Positions 20,061 to 28,907 of a stretch of 64,000 bases of DNA are shown here, one piece after another. Position 1 is the stretch's first letter; each line of letters begins with the position of its first letter. Under the pieces are notes generated by a model that was given only the letters and a program-made list of their open reading frames with translations, did not search any database and was not told the origin of the DNA. Where the stretch lies: the NCBI GenBank assembly GCA_039815375.1, contig JBCBZJ010000003.1:203512-267511 (forward strand), given 5' to 3'. The stretch is from Verrucomicrobiota bacterium. Its GTDB lineage: Bacteria > Verrucomicrobiota > Verrucomicrobiia > Opitutales > Coraliomargaritaceae. Position numbers and translations under genes: made by a program.

Positions 20061-21452
20061 TTAGGCGCTTGCTGCAGTCGTCGCAAACGGGTTTTTCTCG
20101 TAGGTTGCCATCTTCCCGGGATTCATGAGTGCCTTCGGGTCAACTTCATCTTTCAACGCACGCTTCTCGACAATGTCATCGTGCACACCACCTCCTTCCA
20201 TGGTGAAGGTGTGAGGATTTGCGACACCCACACCGATACTTTCGCAGTAGTCGATGATCTCATTGAGGCGCGCTTCGTTCTTATACCGGATCAAGGGAAT
20301 GCCGCCGACCGCCACACCGGTTTTCTCCTGTTTGAATTTTGAGTTTCCAAGCGTCAATTCGAGGTGCATCAAAAACTCGTCGCCGAACTTTGCCTTCAAC
20401 TTGTCGAGATTACCTTTGTAGTCCTCTCCAAATCCGCACTGGAGATAGGTCATGCTCGGATCCGCCTTGATCGCCCAAAGGGTGGTGTGGTTCCAGGTAT
20501 AGTCTGTGATAAAGGGCGGTTTGGGCGGTTCGCCAAAGGGCTTGGAAAAGACGTTTGCAATGCCCTTTTTCTCCGCCGATGCAATCACCTGCTCTGCGTC
20601 CGGCATGTCGACCATAAGAAATGAACTGTGGACGCCCTCGGGAATGTATTTCTTCAAAGGTTTGAAATAGCTCGAGATCGGATCTTCGAAAACTGTCACT
20701 AGCCGTTTTGGAATGTCCGGCTCTTCAGCAATCTCATAGCTCCAGTCGAGTAGATGATGCCAGTCATCATGGGTGAAAATCATCTGTTGCCAGGGATAGG
20801 CTTTTGCAAGACGCATCTCTGCCTCGACCATAATTCCGGTTGTGCCGTAGGTGTGAAGTGCTTTGATGCAATCACGCTCCTCCAGCTTTATGAAGCGCGG
20901 CTCTGCCTCCATAGTCATCAAAGTGACCGACTTCATATTATCCTCGTAGGCAATCCCCCCGTTTCTAATCGAACCGATTCCTCCGGAGCCTCCACATAGA
21001 AAACCACCGAACGAGCTGATTGCCCAGGTCGAAGGCATACAGCGGAGCTCCCAGCCTTTCTCTCGTGCAGCGAGTTCAATCTTACGAAGGGTTGCCCCAA
21101 CTTCAGCATGTGCCACACCATCGACATTATAAATAGTATTGAGCCCCATCAAGTCGATGACGGCACCTCCATATAGAGGAATGAGCTGTCCGTAATTACC
21201 GGAACCGCCTCCACGGAGTGTGACGGGCACCTCGTTTTTGTAGAGCAATGAAACCACACTCCTTAGTTCCTCCTTGCTTTTCACAAGTAGTGCGACCTCC
21301 GCTTTTTTCTCTTCAAGGAGCGCTTTCAGGACCGGCGAATACCAGTAGAAGTCCTTGGAATACTTCTCGGTCTTTTCTCCGGTTACAATCTGGTCTTCAG
21401 GCAATAGCTCGCCAAGTTGAGCGAGCACACTTTGGCTAATTGTTTTTGTCAT
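20061..21452 (-). CDS. FAD-binding oxidoreductase (VAO/PCMH, FAD_binding_4 family)
   Basis: RGGGSGNYGQ, GGFLCGGSGGIGS, HTYGTTGI, DPKALMNPGK; start moved to ATG 21452 because sigma54 motifs lie inside the longer ORF. Confidence 0.85.
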   Translation of the reverse strand: MTKTISQSVLAQLGELLPEDQIVTGEKTEKYSKDFYWYSPVLKALLEEKKAEVALLVKSKEELRSVVSLLYKNEVPVTLRGGGSGNYGQLIPLYGGAVIDLMGLNTIYNVDGVAHAEVGATLRKIELAAREKGWELRCMPSTWAISSFGGFLCGGSGGIGSIRNGGIAYEDNMKSVTLMTMEAEPRFIKLEERDCIKALHTYGTTGIMVEAEMRLAKAYPWQQMIFTHDDWHHLLDWSYEIAEEPDIPKRLVTVFEDPISSYFKPLKKYIPEGVHSSFLMVDMPDAEQVIASAEKKGIANVFSKPFGEPPKPPFITDYTWNHTTLWAIKADPSMTYLQCGFGEDYKGNLDKLKAKFGDEFLMHLELTLGNSKFKQEKTGVAVGGIPLIRYKNEARLNEIIDYCESIGVGVANPHTFTMEGGGVHDDIVEKRALKDEVDPKALMNPGKMATYEKNPFATTAASA

Positions 21453-21476
21453 GGTAGTCGAATCGATAAGGACATA

Positions 21477-21510
21477 AGCAGTTTTTCTGCCATTCGCAAG
21501 AGTGTGCCAA
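21477..21510 (-). promoter_or_regulatory. Tandem sigma54 promoters for oxidoreductase-ABC operon
   Basis: Minus strand TTGGCACACTCTTGCG (21495-21510, consensus) directly followed by TGGCAGAAAAACTGCT (21477-21492). Confidence 0.8.
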
Positions 21511-21561
21511 TTTGACGGCAACTCGGACGCAAGTTGTTATGATGCCAAGTCTGAACCGGAT

Positions 21562-21578
21562 TTGGTATGTCAACTGCT
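21562..21578 (+). promoter_or_regulatory. Divergent sigma54 promoter
   Basis: TTGGTATGTCAACTGCT, GG-N10-GC, upstream of the cytochrome c/SBP/deaminase genes. Confidence 0.65.
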
Positions 21579-21589
21579 AATCGTTCCGA

Positions 21590-22495
21590 GTGAAATCTTT
21601 TCGACTACCGATTTCTCAGGTCGCTGGAACCTGCTGTATTCTTTTTCATTCTGTTTCTCCGCTTCTACTTGCCGTTGCGCTTGGAGCTATGATCGCGGCG
21701 ATTACCTCGGTTAGGGCGGAAGCGGCATCGACCACAGAATCAGCAACTAGTCTGGACCTACTGGTTGAGTTCGCCGGTAGCGACCGCGAACCAATCACCA
21801 TACCTCGCGAGAAGCTCTATACAATGGGGGTGGAAAAGGTCGAAGTCATGATTCCCTACGCAGAAAAAACGGTGACCTGTACAATTCTGCCGGTTCGTAA
21901 GCTCTATGCCTATCTCGAAGTGGATCACTCGATTGCATCAGCAGCTGAAAGTTATGACGGATATTATTCAATCTACCCGACAAAATTTGTTCAGGACTAT
22001 GATCCTTATTTGGTTCTCGATTTCGACGGAGTGGAGAAAGGGAGCCTGAAGCTCGAAGGCACGCCGGAGCTTGGTCCGTTTTATATTACTTTTGCCGCTC
22101 CGCTTGTGCAGGGAAGTGATGAAATGCCGGATCCAGACAATAAGCGTCCATTTGGTGTTACAAAAATGACGCTGGGTAGCTACGACGATCTGCTTGGTTT
22201 CATGTATGAGGGTGCTTTTGCCAATCTCGATGCAGCAGCGAAATATGGAAGAGAGCTTTACACGAACAACTGCATGAGCTGCCACGCCTGGACCGCTGAA
22301 GGCCCCGGAGGAGTCTTCTCAAACCGGACCGCCCAGATTCTCTCTGTGCACGCCAAGTTCAATCGGGATTATTTTAGTAAATACATCATCAACCCGACCC
22401 AATTTATTCCCGATGTTAAAATGCCGAAACACCCGCACTATGCCGATGAAGAGATCGATGCGCTCATTGCTTTCCTTTCCAAAATTGAAATCTAG
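21590..22495 (+). CDS. Exported protein: sulfite-oxidase-fold (PruR-like) domain fused to C-terminal class I cytochrome c (paralog 2)
   Basis: GRELYTNNCMSCH and VKMP; N-domain IPREKL..M / ESYDGYYSIYP / PYLVLDFDG / LGPFYITF; start uncertain (GTG 21590 or ATG 21689). Confidence 0.75.
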   Translation: MKSFRLPISQVAGTCCILFHSVSPLLLAVALGAMIAAITSVRAEAASTTESATSLDLLVEFAGSDREPITIPREKLYTMGVEKVEVMIPYAEKTVTCTILPVRKLYAYLEVDHSIASAAESYDGYYSIYPTKFVQDYDPYLVLDFDGVEKGSLKLEGTPELGPFYITFAAPLVQGSDEMPDPDNKRPFGVTKMTLGSYDDLLGFMYEGAFANLDAAAKYGRELYTNNCMSCHAWTAEGPGGVFSNRTAQILSVHAKFNRDYFSKYIINPTQFIPDVKMPKHPHYADEEIDALIAFLSKIEI

Positions 22496-23486
22496 TCCGA
22501 AGATTTGGTTTCCTGGTGCTTTGGCCCTTGCACTCGGAATTATGCTCGGTTGTGAGACAGTCGACGAAAACGAGGAAACTGCAGGGCTTGAAATGGAAAA
22601 AGTCGTTATGCAGTTCGACTGGATTTTTAACGCGCAGTTTGCGGGTTTTTACCAGGCGGTCGAGCAGGGCTTTTTTGCAGAGGAAGAGATCGAGCTTGAA
22701 ATGCGAGGAGGGCCAACTACGCCGCATATTGTTGATGGAACCCTGAATGAGCCAGCGATCAGCTTCGGAAGCTCCGAGAGTAATGTCCTCATTGCAGAGG
22801 CTGCTATGGGTAAGGATCTAAGGATCATCGGAACGATGTTCCAGTCTTCCCCGATGGGCTGGATGTATGTTCGCGGTAACGAGATTGAGAGCTTCACTGA
22901 TCTGGCTGATAAGCGAGTGGGTGTCCATGATGACGGCTGGCGGGTCATCAAGCTCCTCCTTCAGAAGCAGGGCGTCGATATTTCCAATTTGGAGACCTTC
23001 AACTGTGACTACGATCCGAAAGTGATACTCGAAGGCGAGGCAGATGCGATGCAGTGCTATTACATTGATGAGTTCGTAAAGCTGGAGCAGATGATCGGTG
23101 AGAAGGCCGGGGTCTTTCTGGCTCGGGACTTCGGATATGATGCATTCTCACAAGTGATGTTTACACATGCCGAAACAATTGAAAAGTATCCTGAAGTTGT
23201 TGAAGGGTTTCTCCGTGCGGTAAAGAAAGGGTGGGCCCATGCTTTTGAGAATCCCGAGGAAACAGTCGATCTGATCATCTCTAAATATAGTCCTGAGCTT
23301 GATCGGGACTATCAGCTCGGTTCTCTCGCAAAGATTGAGGAACTTATGGTTCCCGATGGCGGCGAGCTTCTGCAGCCAATTGAAAGCTCTGTTCTTACCG
23401 CTGGCCAGGAGCATCTTTTGAAATACAAGCTTATTGAAGGGACAGTCGACTTCGATAAAATCCTTCAGCAACAGTTCCTGCCTTAG
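22413..23486 (+). CDS. NMT1/THI5-family ABC substrate-binding lipoprotein
   Basis: Lipobox MLGC; MQFDWIFNAQFAGFYQAVEQGFF; true start probably ~22485. Confidence 0.88.
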   Translation: MLKCRNTRTMPMKRSMRSLLSFPKLKSSPKIWFPGALALALGIMLGCETVDENEETAGLEMEKVVMQFDWIFNAQFAGFYQAVEQGFFAEEEIELEMRGGPTTPHIVDGTLNEPAISFGSSESNVLIAEAAMGKDLRIIGTMFQSSPMGWMYVRGNEIESFTDLADKRVGVHDDGWRVIKLLLQKQGVDISNLETFNCDYDPKVILEGEADAMQCYYIDEFVKLEQMIGEKAGVFLARDFGYDAFSQVMFTHAETIEKYPEVVEGFLRAVKKGWAHAFENPEETVDLIISKYSPELDRDYQLGSLAKIEELMVPDGGELLQPIESSVLTAGQEHLLKYKLIEGTVDFDKILQQQFLP

Positions 23487-23599
23487 AGAACATTCAATAA
23501 AAGCTAATTATGCTTACTCTGATTAGCGACACGTGATAATTAAAGTAACGCTTTTATCAATTTATTAGATATACTCTTAGACCTGCTTAATAGAATTCA

Positions 23600-24892
23600 G
23601 TGACAGCAACTCTATATAAGAACGCGCAAGTTCCATCTGCTTTACTCAGTATCCCTGTAGAGGGAATCGCCGAGCCATCGACGGTTTGCGATATCGTAGT
23701 AGCGGAGGGTAGGATTATAGAGATCGCGGAACCGTGTTCTGTGAATCGCACTGACGTGACAGTTGTCGACCTTGACCAGCGGATTGTTTTTCCCGGATTT
23801 CTTGATGCACATGTGCATATCGACAAGGCTTTCAGTTGGGAACGTGCGCCAAATGTCCGTGGCGAATTTTGGGATGCGATCGAACTACTGGGTAAGGACA
23901 AGGATAACTGGACTGCGGAGGATCTTTACCAGCGGGGAACCTTTGCACTGCGATGCGCCGAAGCAAATGGCACTGTTGCGATCAGGACACATGTGGACAC
24001 TTGGATAGGAGGAGGCGAGGTAAGCCATGCAGCGATGCAAACGCTGCGGGAGGAATGGTCCGGTCGCATCCAACTTCAAACTGTGAGCCTTGCCGGCATC
24101 GATCAATACATGGAGCCGGGTGGCCGACGTATGGCTGAGTTTACGATGAGTTATCCGGACTCGCTTTTGGGGGGCATGCCGCAGATGAATCCCGATCTTG
24201 ATCAGCAACTCGACTATTTCTTCGACCTTGCTGCCGAGTATGGCGCTGCGGTCGATTTGCATGTCGATGAAAACGGAAATCCGTATGCCGAATGCCTGCG
24301 CAAAGTTGCTGAAACTGTCCTCCGAAAAGAGTTTCCGCATCCGGTCACCTGCGGGCATGTGTGTAGCCTCGCCGTGCAGGATCCGGAGCGAGCGCTTTCG
24401 ACGCTGCAACTGGTCAAAGAAGCAGGTATTCAAATCATTTCCCTGCCGATGTGTAATCTCTACCTTCAAGGTCGGCCTGCGGAGTCCGGACGGCGCGGCA
24501 CACCTCGCTGGCGAGGGGTCACTCTGCTTCACGAAATGATTGAAGCTGAGATACCTTTTGCCTGTGCCAGTGATAATGTCCGCGATGCGTTCTACGCTTG
24601 GGGTGACTTTGATATGTTCGAAGTCTTTACCCAGAGTATTCGTATCGCTCATTTGGATACAGAAATGGATGCGGCGTGCCGTGCGGTGACGGCTTCGGCT
24701 GCCGATATCATGGGTCTCAAAAATTTCGGATCGATTGAGGTGGGCGCCGATGCGCGACTGGTGGCGTTCGATTCCCGCACGTTCAACGAACTTCTATCAC
24801 GACCAACTCAATCACGTCAGCTCCTGGGCTTTAATTCTGCCGCAGGCAAGAGCCCCGATTACAGCGAACTTGGTGAATTAAAGCGCGTCTGA
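23600..24892 (+). CDS. Cytosine-deaminase-family amidohydrolase (pterin deaminase-like)
   Basis: DAHVHIDK, AIRTHVD, DLHVDE, GHVCSL, ASDNVRDAFYAWGDFD, and the TPRWRGVTLLHE motif of the CodA-like subgroup that clusters with FAD oxidoreductase and creatininase genes. Confidence 0.85.
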   Translation: MTATLYKNAQVPSALLSIPVEGIAEPSTVCDIVVAEGRIIEIAEPCSVNRTDVTVVDLDQRIVFPGFLDAHVHIDKAFSWERAPNVRGEFWDAIELLGKDKDNWTAEDLYQRGTFALRCAEANGTVAIRTHVDTWIGGGEVSHAAMQTLREEWSGRIQLQTVSLAGIDQYMEPGGRRMAEFTMSYPDSLLGGMPQMNPDLDQQLDYFFDLAAEYGAAVDLHVDENGNPYAECLRKVAETVLRKEFPHPVTCGHVCSLAVQDPERALSTLQLVKEAGIQIISLPMCNLYLQGRPAESGRRGTPRWRGVTLLHEMIEAEIPFACASDNVRDAFYAWGDFDMFEVFTQSIRIAHLDTEMDAACRAVTASAADIMGLKNFGSIEVGADARLVAFDSRTFNELLSRPTQSRQLLGFNSAAGKSPDYSELGELKRV

Positions 24893-24919
24893 AGGCGTCA
24901 TCCTAACAAAAAAATAATT

Positions 24920-25426
24920 ATGATACTCATTCGACTTTCAAAAATCCTGCCCGTCCTATCGGTCGCGTTTTTCCTGTTTCTTGTCGTTCTCAACAACCTG
25001 ACGGACTACGGCTCGAACTACCTCTTCGTGGAGAACGTATTGGGTATGACGACTGTCTTCGAAGGCAACCAGCTGATGTGGCGTGCGATTGAAAGTCCTC
25101 TGGTCCATACGGCTTTCTATTTTTCGATCATCCTGTGGGAGGCGGCGGCAATGGCGCTGTGCGCATGGGGTGGATGGAAATTGCTTCAGGTCATCAAGGG
25201 CTCGAAGGCGGAATTTGAGGCTGCAAAGCAAATCGCGATCGCCGGGATTGTCTTGAGCATGCTGCAGTGGTTTGTGGCCTTCATAACGGTTGGCGGCGAG
25301 TGGTTTACGATGTGGCAGTCACAAATCTGGAACGGACAGGATGCCGCCTTCCGCATGTTTGCCTGTCTCGGGATTATACTTATCTTCCTTTATCTGCCTG
25401 AATTCGGAGAAAAGGAAGATGCTTAG
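24920..25426 (+). CDS. DUF2165-family small integral membrane protein
   Basis: NNLTDYGSNYLFVENVLGM, WRAI, GGEWFTMWQSQIWNGQDAAFR. Confidence 0.85.
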   Translation: MILIRLSKILPVLSVAFFLFLVVLNNLTDYGSNYLFVENVLGMTTVFEGNQLMWRAIESPLVHTAFYFSIILWEAAAMALCAWGGWKLLQVIKGSKAEFEAAKQIAIAGIVLSMLQWFVAFITVGGEWFTMWQSQIWNGQDAAFRMFACLGIILIFLYLPEFGEKEDA

Positions 25427-25509
25427 TCGATTTACGAGCTTTGGCCGGTTCGTCCGTAGATCTTAATAAGACGCGTGTTTTGAGTATGGGATATGCTTTG
25501 AAAAAAGAA

Positions 25510-26967
25510 ATGAGAATGACAAGGCTTTGGCTTCGAGCTACTCAGGTTCTGCTTATCCTGTTATTTTTTGATTTTCAGGCCGATGCCGTTACATGGGTCC
25601 GTTCCGACTGCATTCTGACCCTTGCAGATGGTGAGGAGACCCCGATCAATGGCTACCTGAAGATCAGTTCCGAGGGGACAATTGTTGCGATTGAAAGTGG
25701 TGATATTCCCGACGGCGTTACCGGGCGATTTGTGGATGCAATGGGGAAGATCGTGATGCCGGGCTTCGTTTCGGGGCACAACCATCTTTGGCAGAGTGCG
25801 TTTCGAGGTCTGGCAAGTGATCAAGAGCTCTATGGTTGGTTGGAGAGCCTTCACTGGACCTACGGCGATTTCTTCGAAGAGGACGACATGTATACTTTTA
25901 CGCTGTACGGCGCACTGGATCAGCTGGGCCATGGAATCACGACAACGCTTAATCATACCCAGAATATTGCGCCCACGTATGCTCACTATCTCGAGCAATT
26001 CGATGCAGAAATGGACGCGGGGCAGAACTTTGTCTTCTCATATGTGCTCGACCGTAATGAAAAAGACCCGGCACGCCGAAAGGCAAAGTTGGTCGAGCTA
26101 ATGGAGGCAACCGAGGCGATCGAAGATCAACATCCTTGCCTTGGGTTTGGTTTACATGGCGTAGGGGTTTATTTCAGTGCCGAGGTTCACCGCGAAGAGG
26201 TTGCTATCGCCAAGGAGCTCGATCTGGACATGCAGATCCACTACCTTGAAGAAAAAGACCAATCGCTGAAAAAAGGACAAAGTCAGTTTGCTGATCTCCA
26301 TGCGGATGGTGGTGTCTGGGACGGTTTGGTTTATGCGCACTTCATTCACGTAACGGATGAGATTTTGAAGACCTCGGCGGAGGCGGGTGCAAAGATGATT
26401 TGGAATCCTCTCTCAAACGGTCGGTTGGCATCGGGTCTTGCCGATATTCCGCGCTACCTCGATGAAGGTCTTTTGATCGGGATGGGTGTTGACGGAACTG
26501 CCAGTGCCGACGTCTGTGACCCATTCCAAAATATGCGGATGGGTATGTATGCGCTTCGAATGCGCGATTCCGAGGCCAGCGTTATGTCGTGCTATGAGGT
26601 GCTACGACTTCACACCTTGAAAACTGCGGAAGTGCTCGAGGTCGAAGATCGAGTTGGTAGTCTGGAGGTCGGGAAGTATGGGGATTTTCTTGTTGTTGAG
26701 CCAGAGTCTCCGGTTTTTGACCCCTATGCTTCCCTCGTGATGGCGACCAGTGCCGGGGATATTTCTGGAGTCTGGGTTCGCGGTATCGAGCGAGTGCGCC
26801 GAGGAAAGCTGACTGAACATTCGATGAGCAAAGTGAAGAAAGAGATGGTCACCCGCGTTGCGCGAATCGTGGCTGCACAGAAAGTTTCGGCTCAAATGAG
26901 TGGGGGGACTCTTTCGGGCACCTCGGTTTTTCCGGGATGTTTTGGGTGCTGCGGATTGGGGCACTAA
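25510..26967 (+). CDS. Exported amidohydrolase of the guanine/8-oxoguanine/isoxanthopterin/SAH deaminase group
   Basis: MPGFVSGHNHLWQ, QIHYLEE, AHFIH, WNPLSNGRLASG, GMGVDG; signal peptide MRMTRLWLRATQVLLILLFFDFQADA from ATG 25510. Confidence 0.85.
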   Translation: MRMTRLWLRATQVLLILLFFDFQADAVTWVRSDCILTLADGEETPINGYLKISSEGTIVAIESGDIPDGVTGRFVDAMGKIVMPGFVSGHNHLWQSAFRGLASDQELYGWLESLHWTYGDFFEEDDMYTFTLYGALDQLGHGITTTLNHTQNIAPTYAHYLEQFDAEMDAGQNFVFSYVLDRNEKDPARRKAKLVELMEATEAIEDQHPCLGFGLHGVGVYFSAEVHREEVAIAKELDLDMQIHYLEEKDQSLKKGQSQFADLHADGGVWDGLVYAHFIHVTDEILKTSAEAGAKMIWNPLSNGRLASGLADIPRYLDEGLLIGMGVDGTASADVCDPFQNMRMGMYALRMRDSEASVMSCYEVLRLHTLKTAEVLEVEDRVGSLEVGKYGDFLVVEPESPVFDPYASLVMATSAGDISGVWVRGIERVRRGKLTEHSMSKVKKEMVTRVARIVAAQKVSAQMSGGTLSGTSVFPGCFGCCGLGH

Positions 26968-28298
26968 GTTCTCTCTTTCGACGGACTGATCGCTTCCTGA
27001 GGATTGTTAGCGATCCATGAGAGTGCAAATACGATTGGGCAAAACACAATACAAAGCAGAATTGCCGTGGTATAGCCTTTGGTTACTTCGTAGCTGACTC
27101 CAAAGACGAGTGGACCCAAAGCACTGGTGACGACAGTTGCACCCGTCACCCATCCGTTAATTGCACCAAGGTGTTTCCTTCCAAAAAAACGTCCCCACGG
27201 GACGTTAATGAGGACACTGAAGGCTCCCCAGGATATGCCACTGCCTACAATGTAGCACCAACGCCATCCGAGGTCTGAGAAGCTAAGTGCGCCAAGTAGC
27301 GTGAGGCCCTGTGCAAAAACCATCATCGCGAGCATGTACTTTAGTTTAATTCGCTCTGTATAGGCTCCGAGAAGAAAGGTGGTTGCGACTTGAAAGATGA
27401 CCGCCGGCAAAAAGACATCGACTGCTGTTTGCCGGTCGAGCTCGTGTGACGCGGCGAGTCCGACAATATGAAAAGAGATGCCTGTCCCGATCAGTCCGTT
27501 GAGTGCAAGTCCGGCAACGAAGATCCAAAAGGTCCTGGTGCGAATTGCCTCGGAGCTGGAAAAATCTCGAAGCGCGGGAGTGCGGATTTCTGCACGGGAT
27601 TCTGCTTTTACCGGGTCGACCGGCACACCGCAGTCCTCGGGACTGTCGCGAAAGAAAAGGTAGGCGAGTGTGGTCATACCAAAAGCGAAGACTGAACCTA
27701 CGATAATCCATGTTTGTTGCCAACCAATGGAGATGACGAAGCCATTCAAAAGAAGCGGTGCAGAGGAAAAGCTTAACGAAATCATTGTACCGTTGATCGC
27801 TGCGGCAATTCCTCGACGGCCCTCGAACCATCGAAAAACCATCGAGCGGCAGGTTGTCATGGCAAAGCTCAATCCCATTAGGCGCATCCCAAAGAAGGCA
27901 AAGAACACGAGTGCAAGAGCCAGGGGTGCACCGCCAAAGTAGGAGCTCAGTCCAACATAGATTCGATCCAACAGTCCTGTTGCAATCAGGCTAAGGCCCA
28001 GTCCGAAGAAGCTCAGGCACCCCATCGGGCGGGCGCCGATCTGATCGACCAGCCTCCCGGCAAGCGGCGCACAGAGCCCGGCAAGTAGCGTCCCCAGTGT
28101 ATAAGCTATGGCGAAGTTTCCGCGCTCCAATTCCAATGATGAAATCATTTCGTCAACAAAGACGCTCATCCCGGGTGGACTTCCCGGGACTGCTGCAATC
28201 ATGCCGATGGTCCCAACCACAAGAATCGTCCAACCATAGTAACCCGGCCATTTGCGGACGTCGAACGGTCGCTTCGAATCGAAAAGCTTTAGGCGCAT
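26964..28298 (-). CDS. MFS transporter (OFA/MCT-like)
   Basis: YYGWTIL, GRLVDQIGAR, RWFEGRRG, FFGRKHLGAING; ~12 TM. Confidence 0.88.
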   Translation of the reverse strand: MRLKLFDSKRPFDVRKWPGYYGWTILVVGTIGMIAAVPGSPPGMSVFVDEMISSLELERGNFAIAYTLGTLLAGLCAPLAGRLVDQIGARPMGCLSFFGLGLSLIATGLLDRIYVGLSSYFGGAPLALALVFFAFFGMRLMGLSFAMTTCRSMVFRWFEGRRGIAAAINGTMISLSFSSAPLLLNGFVISIGWQQTWIIVGSVFAFGMTTLAYLFFRDSPEDCGVPVDPVKAESRAEIRTPALRDFSSSEAIRTRTFWIFVAGLALNGLIGTGISFHIVGLAASHELDRQTAVDVFLPAVIFQVATTFLLGAYTERIKLKYMLAMMVFAQGLTLLGALSFSDLGWRWCYIVGSGISWGAFSVLINVPWGRFFGRKHLGAINGWVTGATVVTSALGPLVFGVSYEVTKGYTTAILLCIVFCPIVFALSWIANNPQEAISPSKERT

Positions 28299-28423
28299 GG
28301 CATGGATTTCTATTTGCTTGAATGAAGGCGCGGGCGAGAGTCAGAGGGATAGTGGATTGTGGCCGGTCCTAAAACGGCCTGTAGGAACCATCGCTCTCCA
28401 GCGATACGCACCTTTCCGGCAGG

Positions 28424-28816
28424 TTATTTTGCAGGTGCTGCCGCGACGACTTCGATTTCGACGGTAAACTCCTCTCTGGCAAAGCCGGAAACGATGACCA
28501 AGGTTGAAGCGGGAGCTGGTTCGGAAAAGAGTTCGTCACGAACTTTCATGTAGGCAGGCAGGTGTTCCCGTCCGGTAACGAAGGCATTTATCCGAACGAT
28601 ATCCGCCAGATTCATATCTGCGGAGTTGAGAATTGCTTCGACATTTTCGAAACAGAGCCGGGTCTGGGTTTCTGTATCCTCCGGGATTTTTCCGCTCTTT
28701 GTAATTCCGAGTTGGCCCGAGCAAAAAAGGAGCCGAGATCCTTCAGGGATTTCAAGCCCGTGGCTGTATTTTGCGAAAGGGGCGATAATCTCATCTGGCG
28801 TGTGATGTTTGAACAT
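28424..28816 (-). CDS. RidA/YjgF/UK114 family protein
   Basis: YSHG, LFCSGQLG, PASTLVIVSGF, VEIEVVA; ATG at 28816. Confidence 0.9.
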   Translation of the reverse strand: MFKHHTPDEIIAPFAKYSHGLEIPEGSRLLFCSGQLGITKSGKIPEDTETQTRLCFENVEAILNSADMNLADIVRINAFVTGREHLPAYMKVRDELFSEPAPASTLVIVSGFAREEFTVEIEVVAAAPAK

Positions 28817-28878
28817 AGTTTCCCAATTAGGGAGCACTTCAAATACCAATTCGACTATCTACTGATGAAGTGATGAAT

Positions 28879-28895
28879 CTGGTATGGAAGTAGCT
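28879..28895 (+). promoter_or_regulatory. sigma54 promoter of creatininase-family gene
   Basis: CTGGTATGGAAGTAGCT, GG-N10-GC; near-identical to the element at 30927-30943. Confidence 0.6.
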
Positions 28896-28907
28896 CGAAT
28901 GGCAGGC

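Noticed and set aside
21528..21549. Additional sigma54-like TTGGCATCATAACAACTTGC on the minus strand
   Set aside because: GG-to-GC spacing is not 10 nt
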